From: Octopus bimaculoides
Lineage: Eukaryota
NCBI RefSeq assembly: GCF_001194135.2
Contig: NC_068996.1
Span: forward strand, 27,778,107-27,842,106
Reading direction: 5' to 3'
DNA length: 64,000 bases
Shown here: piece by piece, positions 50,076 to 62,300 of the stretch
Layout of the letters: every line of letters starts with the position of its first letter
Numbering within the stretch: the first letter of the stretch is position 1
Program-made: the position numbers and the translations under genes
The notes under the pieces: generated by a model
What the model saw: only the letters and a program-made list of their open reading frames with translations
The model's database searches: none
What the model was told of the DNA's origin: nothing

Positions 50076-53000
50076 TTCAGTAATTATTTTAGAAGTTAAG
50101 TATTGAAAATAGCTATTCACGTCCATTAATATAATCATATCCAAATAGTCATACAGTACACTAAACCAATCCATAGATCAATGGTTATATCTATATGGAT
50201 ATAAAGACATATATATATACATATGTATGTATGTGTGTGTATATATATATATATATAGATCAAGGTACAAATGAGGATATGAACCTCGGAAGGATAAAAA
50301 TGTCCAAGATTAGACTGGTTTAATGCTTAACAAAGCAGGCACATACATATATAGTATTATTAATATTGTACAAAACAAGAGAGAAGATAGATAGGATTAA
50401 TAAAATTTTATTAGCATTGACAAGACCAGACTTACAATTGTTTGAATTCATTACTTACAGCATAAAAATTAACCAAATATAATTTAACTAAATTAATTTG
50501 GTTAATTACTACAAGTGAGAATATCTTCAGGGAAGGATGCCCAAAGAAATTTATATTTAAAACAGAATGAAAACATAAAACAGGAAGAATGCAGTGTATC
50601 ATCATAGTTAAAAATATAAATACATAGTTATAAAAATAGATACACACACACACATGATTTTCACTTCCATCTTATTATTTGAAATAAATTCTGAAAATTG
50701 TGACCAACAAATTGAATTAAATCAGAGGAAAAACTGATGATATTTCACTTGCATATCCATTAAGCATCTGGACATTAAATAATAACTCCAATTTTCTTGC
50801 AAATTAAGCCATCAATGAGAATTATGTAGATCTGATGAAATCAATCGTAGTATACTTGCAATGTAAAGGAATATTATATATTCTACAGAATAGCTCTCCA
50901 CAACACTTATAATAAGTGTTCTATAATCCTATTAATAAAAGTTTATTACCATGAGGAGCTCATGTCCCCAAGTATTTTGTGATGTCATAATTAAATGTTG
51001 CTTTTTTTTTGTCTCTTCTATGTATTACTTCCTGACAAAACCTTGTCAGGCCTTGTTAGATGTTAATTGAGATCATATAATTAATTAAAAATACATAGCT
51101 TATTCACTTATTTCAGTTTTTAGAAGTTATTTCTTTACCCCCTTCTTTTGGTTGTATTTTTTTATCCCTCTTTATCCCTCTCATTATGTACATATTTATT
51201 CTACTTTCCTTTATCCTCTTCTCTAACATTGAAAATTTATTTATTTACTGTTTTTGTTTATTTTTCATGGGAATGGTGAAGGTGAATAATTGATGTTGTC
51301 ATTATTATTGTTGCACACTTGGCTATGTTCAACAGGGAACAAAATCAGACAAATTCAGTTTGCATGTCTTGCTTTTGCTTACAGTAGACAAACTGTCATG
51401 CATTTATTATAAAACAGCCAACTCCATTGGCCATGACTAACAGATCACCTGAATCACACTTCTCTTTCTTTTACCCTTTTTTGTTTTGTTTATTTGTCTA
51501 AAATTGATTTTTGCTAAATGTGCTATTATTATTGTTATCATTATTAAGAGTGCTTAGTTTTTGGAGTCTTCCAATTATCCCTAATTTTCTGACCCTGCGT
51601 GTGTGTGTGCGTGTGTGTGTGCGTGTGTGTGTGCGTGTGTGTGCGCGTGTGTGCGCGTGTGTGCGCGTGTGNNNNNNNNNNGTGCGTGTGTGTGTGCGTG
51701 TGTGTGTGCGTGTGTGTGCGCGTGTGTGCGCGTGTGTGCGCGTGTGTGCGCGTGTGCGCGTGCGCGCGCGCGCAAATACAGAAATTATCATTTGAATATT
51801 TAATACCAATGCTTATTTTAATTAAATGTTGACAATTTTATTTTCTCTTTTTATTTTTAATGATTAAACAGTTGTTGATTTCCAGTTCAGTGAAAGGATT
51901 TCTCAGTTTTATATTGTCACTTGTAAATAAAACTGTTACTTTTTTTCAATTCAGTGTATTACTAAAATAACACTAGTAAAACCAGGTGTACATAAAACAC
52001 CCATACTAATTATTTTATATATTCAAAACTTAATTTTTCAGTTCTGTGAATTAAACTATTTTAGCTAATATTCTAGATTCTGTTTGTATATATTGTATTA
52101 CTAGGTAATATAAATGTTAGCTGTGAACTTATTTATTGATTAATTCATTCTACAATGTTGTCTAGAAAAATAGTACATGTGTATTGTACAAAATGATTAC
52201 ACATACAGGAGTTATATGTATTTTGTCTTACTGTGAAATTAGGCCCTCCTGTAATAGGTTCACGGAACCATTTCATGTTCATTACTTAACATATGCTTCT
52301 TTGACCTATCGCCAATACATCAAATTATTATCTTTGGAATGATTTGAATTAAAGTATTTGTACAGCTGATTGCCAATTTAACATAATTAGTGATAGAGAG
52401 ATGATAGAAATGTGTGTAATCAACAGCTAAATTTTTTAATGCCTTAAAAATAGGGACCATGTAAGTCGGTGAAAGAGTTCCTATGTAGTCCCATCTGTTT
52501 AGTGTAGTAGTGAAATTTCCCTTTTGAAAACCTCATATCTTTTAAAAATAGGAATTACACTGCCCAGCTTTTATACAAATTAAATAGCCTCAATATAAAG
52601 CACAAATCCTCTATGTAAATTCTCCACTGTCTTGGAAATAGGATCAAGAAATTTTTCAGTTTTCAAATCTTATATCAATATCACTCAATAATGGGAAAAT
52701 ATGAAGAAATTTTAAATATAATTGCTTATGTAATTTGCATAGTTTTACTGTAAACATTATCAATGGCAGATTTAGTTGAGCAGTGGTCAAAATATCTTCT
52801 GGTATCTAGTTGTGTTCCTTTACATTCTAAGTTCAAATTCCTCTAAGGTCAACTGCTCACCCTTCTGAGTATGATAAAATAAGTATCAGTCAAATACTGT
52901 TATTAATATAATTAAATTATAACTCCTTAAATGTTGGAAATTTATAATTTAATATTCATTAATCATTTATGATTTAATATTCATTTTGTTTTCTATTAAA

Positions 53001-54644
53001 AACACTGAGGTTTTATGGTTGACTAATTCCTGTTTTGTTTTAACCCTTTTGCTATCAACCTGCCTAAGATAACCTCTGATGGCTTGATAAAAACCTAGAT
53101 GCAAGTAATCTAAATTAAAACCTTCTGTTTAAATCTCATGTTAATTTATGTTCCAAACTAAGTAATGAGTTAATTTACTAAAATCATTTTCAAAATTAAT
53201 TGTATCATCACATCTTCACCATCTCTTCACTCTCCCACTGAGGTAGCCCTATACCTCCCTCAATGCAAGATACCGATTTCTGTCCCTTTGTTTATACATT
53301 AACCTCTCATCACCTGGCACAAAGCCATCTCCCTCAATACACCTGCCTTCAGTTCAGGGGGGTTTTGTCTTGCAAATAAGTTACTTGGTGGACTTCCCTG
53401 CTGCTAGTGCCACCTAATACACTTTGTAAAGTGGTTGGCATCAGGAAGGGCATCCAGCTGTGAAATCTACTACATTATTTATTATTAGTTATTTGTGAAA
53501 GTAACATTGTTGATAATTTGCAATGAGCCAATCTAGTTCACTATATCTCTGGTGGCAAATGTTAGAAAGATGTTTTGACATTGGTGGACTTTGTTTGAAG
53601 AGCTTTTCCCCCAAAGTTTACATTCTAAACTGGTTGGTTTTTCACTGTGGTTTCCACCATATAACATCAAATCCCAAAGGTGTCACAACACCCTAACTAG
53701 AAACAACTGGTCGTTTTACAAAGCTTGGTGTTATAGTATTTCAGCAGGCCTGGAGCAGATGAACTGAATAGAAAAGAGACGTGGGAGAGTCTAGAGCTGC
53801 CAATGTATTGACACACATCCTTGTAATGCTATGGTCATTATATTCCTTAACCCTTTAGCATTTAAAGCAGTCATATCTGGCTCAAATAGTCTACCTGTTT
53901 TATATTTAAAACTGGTCAGATCTACTTCTCACACTTACCTTAGTGTCATTTTAAAAATAAGCAATGGCATCATCAAACTCTTAAAGCAATAAGATAATGT
54001 TTGATAATTCAAAACAATGTGAATGAATAAGCATTACATTTGATGGCGTAACCTGGATGCGAAAAGGTTATGGATCACTGCACAAGTCAAGCAGAGGAGT
54101 TGCAAAAATTCCAAAATTCTTTCGTTCAGGAATGTTGTGTGATTTAAAGGTTTCAGAGGGGTTTTTTTTCTGAAGAAATAGTTTTATTGTACAAATATAA
54201 GGAAATGGAATATTTTTGTTAAATTTCTTATATCCTTTGCTATCTTTTTCTTCTTTCATTTTTAATGATTTTTTTTTTTACGACCTAAAAAGATTAAAAA
54301 AGTATACACTAAACTCAACAATTGAAGCATATCCTAAATAAAATTAAAACAAATTAGGTGTTAAATAAGTATTTCAAGGTTCTATGTTTTGTTTGGTTGT
54401 ATTTATTTATTCTTTCTAAAATTGTATTTGTTAACATTTTCTTTTCATTGTGTATATCTATGTATGTATGTGTTTATATACTCATGTGTTGGCATGTAAA
54501 GTTAACTCAGATTGAATGTGGATTCTGAAGTTTTTGTTTTGTTTTTGTTAATGTTTTCTGTTCTCTGCAAAGAAACATCTTGCCTCCTTGTCATGCTTTT
54601 ATTTTTTTTTACTTGTAATGTTTTTTTTCTATTATTTATTGCAG

Positions 54645-54702
54645 GTATGGGTAAAGAACTTGAAAACTTGATTCTAGAGAACACTGAATTATTGGCTACT
54701 AA
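54645..54702 (+). CDS. MAPK8IP3: JIP3/4 LZII exon 1 ([20 protein letters not shown])
   Basis: ttgcag|GT...ACTAA|GTAAGT; phase 1 to 2; family motif GMG(K/R)EVENLILEN. Confidence 0.96.
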
Positions 54703-56520
54703 GTAAGTTACCTTAGTTTACTTTTTGTATAATTGAGTGCTATGAAATCTGTAGTTAGCAGACTGATTGTAAAGAAACTGAGAAAGCAATTGGATATCAT
54801 TAGCATTGTGAGCAGGAGGGTAGGGCAATTGCATTAGTAAAAACAAGGGAGATCATGTTGGTTGAAAAAGCATTGCATGTTGTCAGTTCAAGATACATCT
54901 CCAGATGTAATGCTGTGATGCATTGTCAGTGTTGTATCCTAGAATAACTGGGTATTTGTGTCTTACAACACACCCTCATCCAGGCAACCCAACATGAATT
55001 GATGAAGCCTAGTCTTGTGTCCAACTGGCATTCTGCTATCCCCATCAATCACCTCTTTTCTAGTCAGATCCATCTAAATGCTTTCTCAGCAGCCTCTATA
55101 TTGTTCTTAATTGTTCTTTTTCTTCACACTCCTGTAATGCTCAGTGTTCCATAAGCCTAACTTTGGGTTTGATCTGCAAACATTTCACTCCCAATCTGTT
55201 TTTGTGGTAGTTCTCCTCCAAAACTCCATAGGAAGGATTTAAATATGAATTGGTAATGAAAAATAGGTGGAAGAACAGAGACATGTGATTACAGTTGTTT
55301 TGCGATAAATTAAACTGCACACACAATTACATTTTGGTCATTTGTTTTGGGAACAGATATTCATAACTGGTTAAGCTTTCATATGTAATGTCATTGTACA
55401 GAGTGGTTGTAAAAAAGCATCAGTCATAAAGGAATGCTGTTCATTATCACTGTTCCATGAAAAATATATCTGACCATGGAGAAATATTAATATGCTTGGA
55501 AACAGGTAAAGGTATCTGGCCATAGAAAATTTACTTCCAATTAACCCATGCAAGCATAGAATAGACAATAAATGATGATGATGACTTTTTGCAACCAGTG
55601 TTTCTTTTAAGCTGTATGTACATATGTCATGTAACTATAAAATGAATGCATAGTTTGTATGTTTAAGTCATTTAGTCCTACAGTAAGCAAAATGCATTTT
55701 CAGGACTAAAAGTAGTGTATATATGATACATACCAAAATAGGTTTACATATGACAGGAGACCAAGACTCCTGGTAGTTTTTGTGCTTAAGAACAGACATC
55801 AAGCTAAGTAAAATTGAGGTTGTCCTTTCATACAGGCATGTCCCCTGCATTCATAATCTTGTGGGCTTGTGGGTGCTAGTGTTATGTAAAAAGCACTCAT
55901 ACTAGTACCATGTAAATGAACTTGTGCTGGTGGTGCATAAAAGCACCCAGTACATTCTGAAAAGTGGTTGGCATTAGGAAGGGCATCCAGCCATAGAAAC
56001 CATGCCAAAATGGTCATGTAGCCTGGGTAGCTCTTCAGCTGGCCAGATCCTGTCTAACCGTCCAACCCATGCCAGCATGGAAAACATATGTTAAATGATG
56101 ATGATGATATACTAAAGAAATAATTGTGTGTACATATTGTTGGTTACTGGCGAAAATCAATCGGCATATAGACTATTTTTACCCATTAAAGGCAACATTA
56201 TAGGATTAATTTAACATGATTTTCATCATAAAACTGACATTGAAATTTTTATCACCTGTTGTGTGCGTAATAGTAATGTAGTGATGGTGACAGTAAGTTG
56301 TAGTTACTGCTTTTGCTGTCAATTGAATCTTTAGCAATTATTTCAGTAATTGTTTTTATATAGGATATTGATTTGATTGTTTTAATATCATATATTTAAA
56401 ATTGAGAGGAAGTTTTAGGTAGATTTAAAAGCATAATTAATAAATTGATGACAGAATTCAAAGATACACAGACTTTTCTCATTATTTTTCTCATTTTCCT
56501 CCCCTCTCTTTCTTTTTCAG

Positions 56521-56577
56521 AAATGCTTTGAATGTTGTAAAAGATGACCTTATTGCCAAAGTTGATGAACTTACCAG
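56521..56577 (+). CDS. MAPK8IP3: JIP3/4 LZII exon 2 ([18 protein letters not shown])
   Basis: tttttcag|A...CCAG|GTGAGT; phase 2-2; near-identical to the family motif. Confidence 0.97.
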
Positions 56578-57859
56578 GTGAGTTTGCTCAACAATTAAAT
56601 TCGGGTTTATATCCTTCTTTTGTTTGAATTAGTATATTATAATAGATAATTCAGTATGAATCTGGCAAACAAAGTCTGTAAACCGTGTTGGAAATATTTT
56701 ACATCTTTTCATCCATATTGCTCTTTCCTCTGGTATGAATATCATAATTCTGTCTTTTCTAATTCATCAAGGATATCACTAAAGCTAGTGACTCATTGAT
56801 GAATGTAACTGATTATGAAAATGGAAGATATTTATCACGTTTTGTGGAGCATACAATTCTAAGAGAAGAACTTGAAAAAAAAACAAAACATGGTTCTTAT
56901 TGTAAAGACAGCTTTGTTTACAGACTTTGAATGATTACATTGTAATTCTTTCATGCTTTTCATGGTATTTTGGAAAAAAATATTAGTATTCATTAAGTAT
57001 TTTGTCATTAAAGTTTTGTAGTGAGAAACCCATTCTGTTCTGGTGTCTTCTTTCATACTTTAATTTGTCATATCCTTGCATAAAGCTGTCTCCCTATTTA
57101 CTGTAGCCCTATTCAGTGTTGATGCTATGAAAAATCACCCAGTATACTCTGCAGAATGGTTGGTGTTAGGAATGACATCCAGTCACAGAAACCATGTTGC
57201 TGGAGCATGATGCAATCCTTGAACCAATTTGATGATGTCAAACCATCTAACCCATGCCAGCATGGAGGATGGATTGTAGATGATGATGATGATGATTGCA
57301 TAAGAATGACCAATAGTCAATACTCTCTTCCACTAAACACCTGGTTTTATATTTGGCATATTTGATGTTTATATTCTGTCTCAGACACAGCCATTAGCCA
57401 AAGTTATTTAAATCAGGGAATACACCTTTGTAATTGTTGTAGTTGAAGGTATGGTGGGAGCATTCTTAAGAATTTTATACTTTAAAAAAAAATTTTTTTT
57501 TTTTCATTACTTATATCAATTTGTTGAACTTAATATTTTTTGATACATTGGTTGGTAGATGTATCTGAGATGGTAGATGAATTGCATTATTGTTCAAATT
57601 TTGTATCTCTTAGATTGATAAAGTACAGGTTTCAGTAATAAATTGAGTTGTAGAATGTGTGATTCAAATGACCATGCATTTGTTTGTATGTCTGCTCTAA
57701 AATCAATAATTCTTAATTCCATTTGGGAGATTTATCAATGTTACTAATTTCTCTTTGTCCTCCTTCATAAATTTTGTTTTGTCTTTACAATAATAATCTG
57801 TAATGTCTTGCTTGTGACAAATAAAATAATTTATTGCTGATCCTCTATTTCTATTCCAG

Positions 57860-58007
57860 TGAACATGAAATTATGCGCGAGGAAATCAATTCTCTACAGA
57901 CAGTAAAATCACGACAAATACAGCGCATCTCAGAATTAGAAGATAACTTAAAGAAAGTGAAAGAAGAATTAGAGAAAAAATCTCAGGTTGCTCAAGCTGA
58001 TGAAGAA
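57860..58007 (+). CDS. MAPK8IP3: JIP3/4 coiled-coil exon (SEHEIMREEINSLQ...AQADEE)
   Basis: ttccag|T...GAA|GTGAGT; phase 2 to 0; heptad-like pattern. Confidence 0.94.
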
Positions 58008-59155
58008 GTGAGTGTGAAATTTTATCTTTTTTTAATTTTTTTAGTTATTTTATTTCTCAACATCTGCCAAAGCCACCTTCCCCCTACTTTAAATACTTTC
58101 CTCACTTCGTCAAAAGGATATTTTGCATTTCTTTTTTGGTTTTGCAAGTTACTTGGTGACCTAGTACATATAATAAAATAGTTGGCATTAGTAAGGGCAT
58201 CCAACTGTAGATATAATGCCAAAGCTGATATTAGAACTCAATGTAGCCTTGCGTTTGCTGGATCATATCGGCATGGAAGACGGACATTAAATAATGATGA
58301 TAATGATTTTTCATAACCTTATATTGCAAAGCATTCCTGTTAAGATCATTCCATCATTTTTAGGGAAAGTACAGCTAATCATTTCGCACGTCCTATCATT
58401 AAGATGAAGGCATTTTTGAAGAAGATTTGGTTGCTATTACCAGCAAACTGAGCAACTTGACTGAAGATAGGCTCTTTCAGATTAAGGTGGATTGGATATG
58501 TACATTATTGATAATTTTATTATTATAGATGCTTTTACATGTTCACTTGATCTGCTAGAAATAGCAGCCACAGAGCTCTCCAATCATACTCTTATCTTAA
58601 AAGAGAATGGCACTTTGAATAATGTCTTTGTTACTGTACTTTGTCTAAGCAAAAAATGGGGGTAGTCATACCTGGATTATCTTAAATTATTGACCTGTCA
58701 GTTTAGAGTTGGGGTTGAACAATACTATCAACCACCAAAAGAGGGCCAAATTTCAATTGAATTTGAACTCTGGTTGCTACTTAACTGTTTCTGTTACTCT
58801 AATGATATCTATTCATGCTATTTATGGTCTCAAGCAAAGTTGTGTGGTTAAAAGGCTTACTTTGCAAATGTCTAAATCCAGGTTTAATCCTGCAGCACAG
58901 CATCTTGTGCAAATATCTTCAAGCATAATTCCTTGTTGACTAACACCTTATGAGTGAAATTTAATTGACAGACACTGTGCAAAGAAGTCTTGTATGATTG
59001 ATTAAATGTAACAGGTAAAACTAATGAGATAGATATAATTGAAGGAGAAAAACCCAAAAATCGCTTGAAGGTGATGTTTGAAATCTAACAACTGAATGCT
59101 GCAGATGAAATTGGGATGTTTTGAAATTAACATTTTCTAAACATGTTCTTTACAG

Positions 59156-59346
59156 GATGATATTCCAATGGCTCAGAGGAAACGGTTCACACGTGTTGAA
59201 ATGGCACGGGTATTGATGGAACGCAATCAATACAAAGAACGTCTTATGGAACTACAAGAAGCAGTCAGATGGACAGAAATGATCCGTGCTTCAAGAGAAC
59301 ATCCAGATTTAGCTCCTACTAAGAAGAAGTCCTCTATTTGGAATTT
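59156..59346 (+). CDS. MAPK8IP3: JIP3/4 RH2 exon ([63 protein letters not shown])
   Basis: ttacag|GAT...AATTT|GTAAGT; phase 0 to 2; diagnostic RH2 sequence. I found no convincing next exon (expected FSxLF) before 64000. Confidence 0.98.
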
Positions 59347-62300
59347 GTAAGTATTACTTAAATTTTCATTATTTTTCCAGATTTTTATTGCCATATTGAA
59401 TAACTTTTTTTTTATTTTAATGTTCTAAATTTATCAAAATATTTTAAAACTTAATTTTGAATCAAAGAAGAAATCAAAAAATAAAAATAGGACCCCGACA
59501 GTATTTTCATTAAATCCTTAATACTTTTACTTTTTATGTAAATAAAATTAATGTAGATTTAATGATTTTTTTTTTTATTAAATTGTCAGTTTTCGTCTTA
59601 TGTTTTTCTAATTATGCAGGGAACTAATAAAATTGACATATAAAACAAAGCCAAAAAATGTTCCCTTAACTTTAGAGTATAAGGGTGTTTTCTTGGGTCA
59701 TATAAACTTAGAATGTTGCATGCAAATATACATTTCATTTTATATCATTAGAATTTAGAAACTTCAAGAGAACATGAAATAATTCATTTTCAGCAGTTGG
59801 ACTTTTTACTGGAGTCATAAATAATAGCATCTACATAACATGTAAATATTGAGTTTAAAATCCCTTTGCATAGAAAAGGTTGAGGGCTGACCGTGGGGAT
59901 CACAGAAGATGACATATTTCATGTTCTCTTGAAATTTTAAAATTCTGATGATGTAGGTAATGTACAATTCTCACTGGTAAGATCCATGTTTCTAAAATGG
60001 ATAGAGAAATTCAAAGGACACATTTCAGTATTTGATATTTTAAATCTATATTTATTAAAACACTCTTAGATTACTTTCTTTTTATTTTATATCTCTATTT
60101 TTGAAAATTTTATTTGATACTTTTAAATAAAATTATCTTTACTATTTCAATACTTTTTTATTTAGCAATTAAGTTTTACACATTTTTTGCTTTCTGTTTT
60201 TAGTATCATTTAGTAATATTGAATTTAATTTTAGTAACTTCACTTCCCACCTTATAAATTTTTTAAACAGATTATAATGGAGCTATAAATACAAACTGAA
60301 AAGAAATTTAGCTTGAAATTTAATCATTTCTTCCGATTACTATAGATTAATAAATAAAAGACACATATGTCTGTGTGTGTGATGGTTGTTCAAGTTTATT
60401 ATAAGGAGTCTGCTAGTCAGAACATTCATGTTGACTTACAAATATTATAAAGCCTGGCAGAACAAGAATATACAGTTTTTTAAAGTTTGTGCTGAAGTTG
60501 GTGCTGACTAGACTTATGTTTTCTTCAAAATGAATCTTTAAGAAGTTGCCAAAAGATTCCCCACTCTTTTTGTTTTTTAATATGTTGACTGATTTAGGGA
60601 CATATTTTATGTAGTGTCTGCATTTGAAATATTTTCTAATCACATTTAAGTTTGTTAATTCATGTCATCTGTGCAACTGCAATATGTGTGCGTGTATGCA
60701 TTTAGAGAACTGTGGTGACAAATAGTTCATTGTTATCTGCTAATATTTGAATTGGCTGAATACAAAAAAGGGTTTGTTTACTGCTTGCTGGGTAGTGTTG
60801 GTGGGTGCAGTGACATTGTTGTGTTTAGCAGGCATGATCTTCCTTTGTGCCAAATGCAAAAATATACAATCAGTTTTTCTGTGTGTTGATGAGTTTTATA
60901 GAAGTCACTAAACAGTTGGTTCTATGTTAGCAACAAAGGAAAAAGAAAGAGGGTAGGGAGGATAGTAAATTGTAGAAAAAGGAATTGGAAAATAAACACA
61001 CAAGAAAGGTAAACTGAAGATGAAAGAAAATGATACAATGTAAAACATGTTTGGATGATTGTTTAGTATGGTCACCTTATTTCAACACCATCATCATTTA
61101 ATTTCTATGTTCCATATGGGTATGGGCTGGATGGTTTGACGGGATCCAATGGATCCAAGATTGCACACCAATGTCTGCTCTGGCATGATTCCTAAGGCTG
61201 GATGCCCTTTCTAATGTGAACCACTTTACAATGTGTACAGGGCACTTTTTTCATGCCACCAGCAATAGTAAGATTGCCATACAGCTCACAAAACTACAAA
61301 ACCCTTGCCAGGGGAGGTGGGCAGCTTTATGTTGGAGATCAGGAGTTAAAGTATGAGAGAAGGTGATGGTGAACAGGTTCTTCTAGAATAGTTATATGAC
61401 AAAATGTAAATATAAATGTATTAGAAAATAATTAGGTTGTAAATTGATGATATTCCAGGTGAAGTATGAATGCTATTACCTGTTTAAGATATTTATTGGA
61501 AACCTAATTGTAGTAGTACAAATACCTACTTTTTTCCATACATACCTCTATATACCTCTTTATTATCCTTCAACCTACATCTGCCAATGGGTGAAAGAGT
61601 CGTTCTTTGGAAAGATTGCCAAGAAGGAATGTGAACTTTCTATATACAAATGTTATATAGTTTTATTAATGAGTGAGTTGTGCAGCTAAAGCATACTTTG
61701 TGATCTAGCTGTACTTGAAGAAAAATTATAGTTCTGTTAAGTATAGATGTGACCTACTTATACCTAGTGATTGATGACATCTCTATAAATACTTTATTAT
61801 ATATATAAAATGTCTCTATAAACTTTTGCTCAATCATCTCAAGCAAATACTGTCACTTTGTAGCCAACTTATCATCATCATTATGCATCTGCTTTCCATG
61901 TTGGCATGGGCTAGACAGTTTGAAGCTGGAGAGCTGCACTAGGTTCCAGTCTGATTTGGCATGGTGTCTATGGCTGGATGCCCTTCCTAACACCAACCAC
62001 TCCAAGAGTGTAATGCGTGCTTTTTATGTACCATTGGCACGGGTGTCAGTTGCATGAGACTGGCACTCCCTTCAAAATTCCTGGCCTTGTGCCAAAATTA
62101 GAATATTCTTTTAAGATTTTTCAAATTCAATTCCACCTAATTTTGACATAACATCAGTTTTCAACCCTCTTGTGATTGACAAATTAGTACTAATAGTATT
62201 ACAAGTGTTGATACAATTACCTCTCTCTCTCTTTCTTTCTATGTGCAGTCTTGTATGACTGAAAAATTGCTGATGCTACTACCTTCATCACGCCTACCAC

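Larger units (their letters stand above)
4270..59346 (+). other. MAPK8IP3: Partial gene span: JNK-interacting protein 3/4 orthologue (sunday driver/unc-16 family), internal exons only
   Basis: Exons with GT-AG boundaries join in one frame: ...AIIPNTPELD...[14 protein letters not shown]...[38 protein letters not shown]...[50 protein letters not shown]. These match the LZII and RH2 signatures of JIP3/JIP4 as I recall them. Invertebrates have a single co-orthologue of MAPK8IP3 and SPAG9. Confidence 0.97.

Noticed and set aside
51336-51383. 48-nt in-frame exon candidate
   Set aside because: Weak ACA|GTAGAC donor; better explained as intronic motif context (TGCATG).
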